DNA from: a virus
Taxonomy: Duplodnaviria > Caudoviricetes
Reading direction: 5' to 3' (one strand)
IMG/VR virus record: IMGVR_UViG_3300040751_000264
Coordinates: 1,691-65,690 of that record
Length of the DNA stretch: 64,000 nt
Shown: piece after piece, positions 57,651 through 64,000 of the stretch
How the letters are laid out: the number at the start of each line of letters is the position of its first letter
Numbering within the stretch: the stretch's first letter is position 1
Program-made: the position numbers and the translations under genes
The notes under the pieces: model-generated
Told to the model about the DNA's origin: nothing
Seen by the model: the letters and a program-made list of their open reading frames with translations, nothing else
Databases searched by the model: none

Positions 57651-57684
57651 AGACGAGGCAGCCAAATCTATGACTGCCTCGCCT
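57651..57684 (-). terminator. Hairpin after nrdJ, abutting TGCTATAAT
   Basis: AGACGAGGCAGCCA...TGACTGCCTCGCCT. Confidence 0.7.
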
Positions 57685-57697
57685 ATGCTGACCTATC

Positions 57698-59644
57698 TTA
57701 AACAGAAGGGGCCAAGTCTACTACGTCGCACGCTCCTGCTGTACAAGCAAGTTCCTGTGATCCAGTAGTGGTATCTTCTAGTTCATACAGGGGAAGTGAT
57801 TCCCATGGAATATTCTTTGGCATATTTGATACCATTTCCTGGTACTCTTCCTTGGAAACCTCTTGATATGGTGCTTGCTTGTAAGAGTGTTCTACGGCTG
57901 GAAGGAATGAAATTCCACCAATAGAATCAAAATTCTTATATACCCAAGCACCTACGTCCAGCCACTCGTCCTCATGAACATTGATAGTTACAGATGGGTT
58001 GTGCTCTGTCCAATGACTACGGTATGCCTTCCATACCTCAAGGTGGTCAATGGCAGACAAATCGCTAGTTACCGTTGCCCCCTTTGGAGCCTCAATTGGG
58101 AAGTAGAAAACGGTAGTGTTGTCTGGCTTCATCACATCTGGTTCATTGGGAACTCCAAAATCCTTAAGGAAAATTGTTAGCGGATCTTTGTTGTCTGCAC
58201 GAACTGAACGAATGTAATACTTTGAGTACCATGGGTGAATTCCACTAGATACCCCAGTCAACTGTGATACTGTTCCAGAGGGCTTTACAGTAGTAACTGA
58301 TGCAGAGTGCTCAATTCCAAGAACGTCTGCTTCCTTGGCATTTGTCTCTACTGCAAACTCACGAAGGGAATCCAGCATTGGAGCAAGACCCTTATGAACT
58401 GTTCCTGTCAACTTATTTCCAAAAATTCCTGTTAGGGAAACTCCAAGGAGCCTTTCTTCTTCAGAATTGTCTTTCCATGACTTACGAATGTACTTAAAGT
58501 TTGTTAGAGTTGATTGCCATGTGCCAAGAACTGCGGCAATGCGAACCTTCTTTTTAAGAGTTTCTTCTGTATCCTCTGCATCAATAACAACCTCTGTCAG
58601 ATTACAAAATTGATTAGCACGAAGAAGAATTTCTCCACATGGGTTTGTGCCCATAACCTTAGATGAATCACGACGACCAAAAGAATCAACATGCTTACGA
58701 ACAGAGTCCATATTATAAATGCCTCGCTCGCCTGACTTTGACTCATAAAGGTTTCTCCACTCACGAAGGAACTGAGCCGTGTTTGGCTTTCTGTCGTATA
58801 CCGCTGAGTTATTTGCTAGTGATCTTTGTGGCTCTGACTCCCACCACTGACCTGACTTTGCCTTAGCCATCTCAAAATCATCAAGATTGGACAAAGAAAT
58901 AAGGGCGGAGCGACGAACTCCTCCAACAACGACAATTTCACCAACCTTACACATCAGATCGTGTGCCTCAATTGGCTTCAGTCTACGTCCTCTTGCAGTC
59001 TGGAATGTCTCTACAGTAAACCTAAATAGATCTTCTAGTGGTTCTGGTCCAGAAGCGCGACCACCAAAAGTCTTTAGCCTTGCTCCTGCTGGACGAACCT
59101 TTGACACATCCCAGTTTGGAATTTGTCCAGTAACAAGAAGACTAATGAGTTCCTTGTATGCCTTTGACCACCCCAACTTAGAATCTTCTACAACGATTGT
59201 TGTTCCTGTTGGATAAAACTCGTCAGCAATGACTGGGAGATTGTTGATGTGCTTTGACTCTACACTAAAACCAACACCAGTTCCATTCATCAAGATATAC
59301 ATGGCTTCATCAAACGCTCTAAGGCTGTCTACCGCGATAAAAGAGCAGTTGTATGCTGCAACATTATCTCTTTCTAACGCTGGCCCTGCGGTCATCATAG
59401 CCCTCATAGAGGGCATTACCTTATGGTTAAGAACATAGTCCCTAACCTCTTCAAAAATCTTATTATTCTCATCATAGTTATAGTTACTAACCAGATGGCC
59501 TCTCATAAAGTTTATGTATCGGTCTACAGTCTCCACCCATGTTTCTCTGCGACCCTTATCTTCCAGCCAGCGGCTGTATCGACTAACATGAATAAAGTTA
59601 CGGTATGGATCTGCAATAGATCCATTTTCGTCAATAAATGACAT
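57698..59644 (-). CDS. nrdJ: Class II (adenosylcobalamin-dependent) ribonucleotide reductase
   Basis: YNCSF, GGVRRSALI, TNPCGEI, CNLTE, VKPSGTVS, C-terminal CTAGAC; no beta-subunit gene adjacent. Confidence 0.9.
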   Translation of the reverse strand: MSFIDENGSIADPYRNFIHVSRYSRWLEDKGRRETWVETVDRYINFMRGHLVSNYNYDENNKIFEEVRDYVLNHKVMPSMRAMMTAGPALERDNVAAYNCSFIAVDSLRAFDEAMYILMNGTGVGFSVESKHINNLPVIADEFYPTGTTIVVEDSKLGWSKAYKELISLLVTGQIPNWDVSKVRPAGARLKTFGGRASGPEPLEDLFRFTVETFQTARGRRLKPIEAHDLMCKVGEIVVVGGVRRSALISLSNLDDFEMAKAKSGQWWESEPQRSLANNSAVYDRKPNTAQFLREWRNLYESKSGERGIYNMDSVRKHVDSFGRRDSSKVMGTNPCGEILLRANQFCNLTEVVIDAEDTEETLKKKVRIAAVLGTWQSTLTNFKYIRKSWKDNSEEERLLGVSLTGIFGNKLTGTVHKGLAPMLDSLREFAVETNAKEADVLGIEHSASVTTVKPSGTVSQLTGVSSGIHPWYSKYYIRSVRADNKDPLTIFLKDFGVPNEPDVMKPDNTTVFYFPIEAPKGATVTSDLSAIDHLEVWKAYRSHWTEHNPSVTINVHEDEWLDVGAWVYKNFDSIGGISFLPAVEHSYKQAPYQEVSKEEYQEMVSNMPKNIPWESLPLYELEDTTTGSQELACTAGACDVVDLAPSV

Positions 59645-59753
59645 AAGAACAACTCCTTTGTTGAATTTTGTGAATAGTTTATTGTACCAACTTATTGAAT
59701 CGTTGACAATAAAAAATGGCGTATGTGAAAAAGTGAATTATAACAATTATGTA

Positions 59754-60215
59754 TCAGGTAATCTTGTACCACTCTGATGGAGCCTGAGTGTATCCTGGTG
59801 CTGGATTAAGATATGTGTACGGGCTTCCATAGAAGGCCATCCAAGTCGTTCCATATCTTGTGCCACCTGCTGGCGCATAGTTATAACACGTTCCTGTTGC
59901 AGGAGGTGGAGCGGAAACATATGTATAGGTAAAAGACTTTCTTTCTGCAAGAGTAGATGGAGAATCTGTTAAGCCCTTAACGGACCTGTTCTTTACAGTA
60001 GCAATAGAGTTTGCATTGGAAAGGGCTACTGTAGCATTTCCTGTGCCAAAGGTTAGCGATCCCGCAGTTACCGTAGATCTTCCTGAATAATCTGCTGATG
60101 AATCATTGTTTGTAATATTAAATATTCCTGTGGAGTTATAGGTAATTGTTGGTTTTACGTTTACATATCTACCGCCGCCTGCGGCTGCTCCACCGATTCC
60201 TGCAATAATTGGCAT
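59754..60215 (-). CDS. Hypothetical Thr/Gly-rich protein, probably virion-associated
   Basis: MPIIAGIGG N-terminus; follows the fibre paralogues; contains SAPPPAT. Confidence 0.6.
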   Translation of the reverse strand: MPIIAGIGGAAAGGGRYVNVKPTITYNSTGIFNITNNDSSADYSGRSTVTAGSLTFGTGNATVALSNANSIATVKNRSVKGLTDSPSTLAERKSFTYTYVSAPPPATGTCYNYAPAGGTRYGTTWMAFYGSPYTYLNPAPGYTQAPSEWYKIT

Positions 60216-60248
60216 ACTACAAACATTCCTTTCTTGTTATTAAAAAAA

Positions 60249-61076
60249 TTATATCAGATCTCCTGCAACAACCCAAGAGTTTGCTGCATATTTTATTGCT
60301 GTGGCAAAAGACCCAACTGCTCTAAGATCAGATCCTGGGGTGGTAAGAACGGTTACTCCAGATTCCCCACTAAATGTTACTAACCCATTTGTTCTAGTAA
60401 ATGCCATTGATGTTCCTACAGGAAAGTTTAATGTAGAGTCTAGAGGAAGTTGTACCCCTGTTGAAAGACTGCTTGCCATAATAAAAAGAGTGTTTGCATC
60501 AGATGTAGAGAAGTCTCCTGCTGAAAGACCTGACACCGTTTGAACAGTAAAGTCTCTAGGAGCATATACTGTGCTTAATCCTGTAATGGTATTTGTTAGA
60601 TCTGCAACATCGTCAATTGTGATCTCTTGCCATGCCGCGTTTGTTCCATCTGATGTTAGAAAGTATCCGTTTGCTCCAGTTTGATCAGGAAGAGTAACAA
60701 AGTTATTTAATTCATTCTGAACATATTCTGTTGTTGCTATCTGAGTTGTATCTGTTCCCAAAGTTGCGGTTGGTGCTGTGGGAGTTCCCGTTAAACTAGG
60801 AGATGCAAGCGGTGCATATGTAGAAGATGCGTCAGCAATCTTTAAATACCCCTGATTTACGACATACTCTGTGGTAGCAATCTGAGTAGTGCTTGTGTCT
60901 GATCCAGCAGTTGGTGCAGTAGGGGTACCCGTCAGGCTTGGAGAAGCAAGGGGTGCTTTGAGAAGAAGTTCTGTCTCTACTGCCACCGCTAGTGCTTCAG
61001 TATCTCCAGCAACATCTACTGAATCTGTTTGAAGCGGATAAGGCAATAAGTAAGTAGTAGTTAGACCGCTAGCCAT
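60249..61076 (-). CDS. Tail-fibre-like protein
   Basis: Two APLASPSLTGTPTAPT...TTQIATTEYV repeats; C-terminal ...NSWVVAGDL domain. Confidence 0.75.
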   Translation of the reverse strand: MASGLTTTYLLPYPLQTDSVDVAGDTEALAVAVETELLLKAPLASPSLTGTPTAPTAGSDTSTTQIATTEYVVNQGYLKIADASSTYAPLASPSLTGTPTAPTATLGTDTTQIATTEYVQNELNNFVTLPDQTGANGYFLTSDGTNAAWQEITIDDVADLTNTITGLSTVYAPRDFTVQTVSGLSAGDFSTSDANTLFIMASSLSTGVQLPLDSTLNFPVGTSMAFTRTNGLVTFSGESGVTVLTTPGSDLRAVGSFATAIKYAANSWVVAGDLI

Positions 61077-61098
61077 AGTTTTATTATATCATCAGGGG

Positions 61099-61950
61099 TT
61101 ATATTGTGGTTAGATCACCAGCAAGAACCCATGAATCTGTACCCCTCTTAATAAGAGTGGCCATAGACCAATTGGTTCTTGTTGTGTTTCCAGGAGTGGA
61201 GTTTACAGTTACCCCGCTTGCTCCAACAACTTCTACTTGGCCACTATTTGTTTGAAGAATAACGATGTAGGTTCCAATGGGGAAGGCAACAGATGCATTT
61301 GTTGGAACAGTAATTGTTCCCTTTGCTCCAGAGTTGTATTCAATAAGTTTACTTTGATCAGAAAGAACTAAGGTATAAGATCCTGTTCTTACGTTTGTTC
61401 CAATTGTTGAGATTGGGTTTGATAAAGTCTTGTTGGTTAATGTTTGAGTACCGCTGAGAGTGACAACCTGAGCCATGGAGGTTCCGTCATAGGAAAATAC
61501 AGCACCTTGATTGTTTACCTTGGCAACGACTCCTGCACTTGTTCTCCATTGCTGCAAGTCTGCTGTTTGTCCTACCACGCCCTGAATAGACAATGGAATG
61601 ACACCGCTAGTTGCTGGCTGAATTAGGTTTCTTGTTGCTGCTGTATCGTTGGAAGATGGGATAGCCTTTACATAGTCTGCTGCAAGACTTGTTCCAACGG
61701 TTGTCTCTAGTGAAGAAAGTCGTGAATGAACAGAGTTGGGGGTAGGAGAAACACCATCATATCCAATCTGGGTATCGATTGTATCTGCTCTATCATTGAT
61801 ATCAATAAAGTATTGCTCAACACTATTGGCTGCTGGAGATCCTGTCAATCCACCTTGATGATAATACTTAAACGCCTCAACAATTGATGCCTCGTCTGAG
61901 AGGGTAGCAATAGTCGTCGTATAACTAGAAGATCCTATGCTCTGTGTCAA
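61099..61950 (-). CDS. Tail-fibre-like protein
   Basis: GTQTLTNKTL repeat; C-terminal YTLVLSD...VAFPIGT...TLIKRGTDSWVLAGDL. Confidence 0.75.
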   Translation of the reverse strand: MTQSIGSSSYTTTIATLSDEASIVEAFKYYHQGGLTGSPAANSVEQYFIDINDRADTIDTQIGYDGVSPTPNSVHSRLSSLETTVGTSLAADYVKAIPSSNDTAATRNLIQPATSGVIPLSIQGVVGQTADLQQWRTSAGVVAKVNNQGAVFSYDGTSMAQVVTLSGTQTLTNKTLSNPISTIGTNVRTGSYTLVLSDQSKLIEYNSGAKGTITVPTNASVAFPIGTYIVILQTNSGQVEVVGASGVTVNSTPGNTTRTNWSMATLIKRGTDSWVLAGDLTTI

Positions 61951-61976
61951 AACTGTTCACCAGTTTTATTATATCA

Positions 61977-62738
61977 TTATGCAGAGAGATCGCCCATGGC
62001 TATCCATGAGTCTGTATCGCGCTTAATTAGGGTGGCAGATGACCACTGTGCCCTTAGGTTGAGTCCAGGGGTTCCGTTTACAGTTACCCCCGCACCTGCG
62101 GTGAGCGTTGTTTGACCAGTATTTGTCTGTAAAACAACAATTGTGGTTCCTACAGGAAAGGCAACAGAAGAATTTGGTGGAATAGTCAAAGTATTAGCAG
62201 ATCCAACATTCATTTCTACCAAATCTCCATCGTCTGTCAGGGCGAGGGTATATGAAGCAGTTTGCTCATTTACAGAGATATACTTCTGTGCATATGAGGT
62301 AAGAGCGGTATCAAGACCTGAGATAGCGGCAACAGGAATATCTGTAAAAGTATTATCGTCACCACTCATTGTCTTATTGGTTAATGTTTCTGATCCTGCA
62401 AGGGTAGCGGCATTAGGGTCTGCTATGGGACTCCATGCACTACCGTCCCAATATTCAAATCTATTTACAGTTGTTGCTCCTGCGTCTTGCTGAATAAAAG
62501 ATAAAAGGCCCACAGTTGGGGATGGGATTGCAGATGCTCTAGCGGCAGGATTTAAAAATGCATTTACCCCTGCTTTTGCAGTAACTGCGGCGGTAAAAGA
62601 AACAGTATTGTCAAATTGATGAACACCAGTCCATATGTAACTTGCCCCTGTTGCTGCCATTCCGCCAACGGAATACCAAGTATCTGTTTCTTGATCATAC
62701 ATGTAGGCTGGTCTGCCTGAAGTATCTATTGTTGGCAT
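61977..62738 (-). CDS. Tail-fibre-like protein
   Basis: ETLTNKT; C-terminal YTLALTD...VAFPVGT...TLIKRDTDSWIAMGDL. Confidence 0.75.
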   Translation of the reverse strand: MPTIDTSGRPAYMYDQETDTWYSVGGMAATGASYIWTGVHQFDNTVSFTAAVTAKAGVNAFLNPAARASAIPSPTVGLLSFIQQDAGATTVNRFEYWDGSAWSPIADPNAATLAGSETLTNKTMSGDDNTFTDIPVAAISGLDTALTSYAQKYISVNEQTASYTLALTDDGDLVEMNVGSANTLTIPPNSSVAFPVGTTIVVLQTNTGQTTLTAGAGVTVNGTPGLNLRAQWSSATLIKRDTDSWIAMGDLSA

Positions 62739-62753
62739 ATTAGAATTATATCA

Positions 62754-63344
62754 TTATGAGTTTGCATAGCCATACACGGATACGGTTCCGTCAACTGTGC
62801 CTACACTTGGGTACAGAGTTAGACCATCTTGAGAAGCGGCAGTCGAATAAGTGCCGTTAGTAATTTTTAGTAATCCACCTGCATACGGATCGTAGCCTGT
62901 AATGAAGTAATTTGACCCAAGAGGCAGGGCTGGCTGATACAACTCAACAAATCGTTGCTGCCCCATAAGGTCGGTACGCAAGTTCATAATTACTTGCTGC
63001 GTCGTATTGTTAGTTCTCGTTCCGTTTAGCGTCGTCGCATTTACTTGCAACTCTTGCGAGTTGTAATTGGTTCCCGTTGCGTCAACACCGCCCGAACGGA
63101 AGCGCATATTTAGCAGCGTTGCTGAGGCCACGGCATTTACGCGAACAATCATCTTGTAGTTCTCGTAGTCGGCGGTGAACACGTTATCCAGCGACACCGA
63201 TGACACACCCGAAAACGACTCCGTGTGGATATGCACTAGCCCACCTAGACCAGCACCACCACTTACTGTACCGTCGCTTGCGAGGGTAAGGTTAGGAGAA
63301 GCAGCACTAGGATGCTGTATATGTGTGGCTTTTATTGTAGACAT
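62754..63344 (-). CDS. Putative receptor-binding / fibre-tip protein
   Basis: GLVHIHTESFSGVSSVSLDNVFTADYENY...GTVSVYGY. Confidence 0.65.
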   Translation of the reverse strand: MSTIKATHIQHPSAASPNLTLASDGTVSGGAGLGGLVHIHTESFSGVSSVSLDNVFTADYENYKMIVRVNAVASATLLNMRFRSGGVDATGTNYNSQELQVNATTLNGTRTNNTTQQVIMNLRTDLMGQQRFVELYQPALPLGSNYFITGYDPYAGGLLKITNGTYSTAASQDGLTLYPSVGTVDGTVSVYGYANS

Positions 63345-63365
63345 TAGTTCTCCTAGTTAATTTTA

Positions 63366-63917
63366 TCATGTATTGCGGTAGCCGTAGACGCGGAGAGTGC
63401 CAGAAAAAGTGCCAGAGGCTTGATAAATAGTGAAACCGTCGTAGGAGGTTGCTTGATTGTGTGTTCCTGTTCGTATTGAAAGGTAGGCACTACTTGATGT
63501 TGCCGCTGTGTTATTCCAAAACGACGTTTTTTCGGCAGCAAAAGGTCGCCAAATGATTGCGTCATGCCCGTTGGCCTGCACGTTTTGATGTTCTCCAAAG
63601 GACCAATTATCGCTAGTCGTTCGACTTCCTGACACCGTGGACGCGCTCGCGGTTAGTTTTTGCGTGACGTAACTATTAGCCGTGCTATTGTCTGCGCCAG
63701 ACACCCGAAGACGTAAAGACCATTCCACATTTGCTGTGGTTGTAGTGTCTAAAATAAGCCGATAGTTCTCGTATTCAGCAGAGAACACATCGTCAATGCT
63801 CACCGACGACACAGCCGAGAACGACTCCGTGTGTAGATGCACTAGCCCAGGCTGAATAGAGTCTGTTGGCAACGCCAACCCATTAATAAGACCAGAACCT
63901 GTTATGCTTGTAGGCAT
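63366..63917 (-). CDS. Putative receptor-binding / fibre-tip protein, paralogue of 62754..63344
   Basis: GLVHLHTESFSAVSSVSIDDVFSAEYENY...GTLRVYGY. Confidence 0.65.
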   Translation of the reverse strand: MPTSITGSGLINGLALPTDSIQPGLVHLHTESFSAVSSVSIDDVFSAEYENYRLILDTTTTANVEWSLRLRVSGADNSTANSYVTQKLTASASTVSGSRTTSDNWSFGEHQNVQANGHDAIIWRPFAAEKTSFWNNTAATSSSAYLSIRTGTHNQATSYDGFTIYQASGTFSGTLRVYGYRNT

Positions 63918-64000
63918 TTATGCTCCTACTATTGCAGCGGCTTCTTCTTCTGTTAATCCAAGTGCCGCCAGTTTTGCGAGGGCACTTTCCCTAGCAGCAG
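63918..64000 (-). CDS. Partial CDS (3' end), fibre-associated small protein
   Basis: ...AARESALAKLAALGLTEEEAAAIVGA*, a C-terminus typical of small proteins beside phage fibre genes. Confidence 0.6.
   Translation of the reverse strand, partial: AARESALAKLAALGLTEEEAAAIVGA

Larger units (their letters stand above)
1163..63368 (-). promoter_or_regulatory. Dispersed family of about 21 extended -10 promoters (TGnTAnAAT)
   Basis: Sites start at plus-strand 1163, 3604, 5675, 6690, 11599, 13919, 17596, 25590, 28277, 28733, 44387, 45135, 49110, 53994, 57642, 59681, 60248, 61083, 61968, 62745 and 63360, all at gene boundaries. Confidence 0.8.

Noticed and set aside
59703-59740. Plus-strand TTGACA in the AT-rich gap upstream of nrdJ (possible promoter, NrdR box or origin)
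   Set aside because: No properly spaced -10 box, no convincing NrdR palindrome and no iterons.
60249-63917. Diversity-generating retroelement acting on fibre genes
   Set aside because: No reverse transcriptase in the window; differences between the repeats are not adenine-specific.
1-64000. Alternative genetic code or stop-codon reassignment
   Set aside because: Core genes are full length under code 11, all three stop codons are used, and no suppressor tRNA was found.
1-64000. Prophage or integration features
   Set aside because: No integrase, repressor module, att-like repeat or flanking host genes visible in this window.

Overview
This window is a 64-kb segment of a large tailed (siphovirus-like) bacteriophage genome, roughly 40% GC by eye, with essentially every real gene on the minus strand. 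WhiB, an MSMEG_6728-like protein, an Rpf-like transglycosylase and probable leaderless genes point to an actinobacterial host (inference). Read in the direction of transcription (high to low coordinates) it contains: tail-fibre-like paralogue arrays, a class II ribonucleotide reductase, a large LamG-like virion protein, portal, protease/scaffold, major capsid, head-tail genes, major tail, frameshifted tail chaperones, a 2647-aa tape measure and minor tail proteins (one with a 25-proline tract). Then come a replication/recombination block (DnaB, primase, SSB, DnaE, MazG, RecA, Cas4-like nuclease, two resolvases), the terminase subunits, and an accessory region with 7 tRNAs, an endolysin and many modification enzymes. 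The most interesting hypothesis is a phage-encoded hydroxyproline O-glycosylation pathway: a prolyl-4-hydroxylase, a Gnt1/GT60-type hydroxyproline GlcNAc-transferase, two more glycosyltransferases, a methyltransferase and a sulfotransferase, with an extensin-like polyproline tail-module protein as candidate substrate. Other signals are about 21 extended -10 (TGnTAnAAT) promoters, many leaderless or built on the upstream stop codon; a Trp/Phe C-terminal motif shared by the scaffold and two distant small proteins; and a tRNA-Ile with a UAU anticodon. All product calls come from motif recognition by eye; no searches were run.
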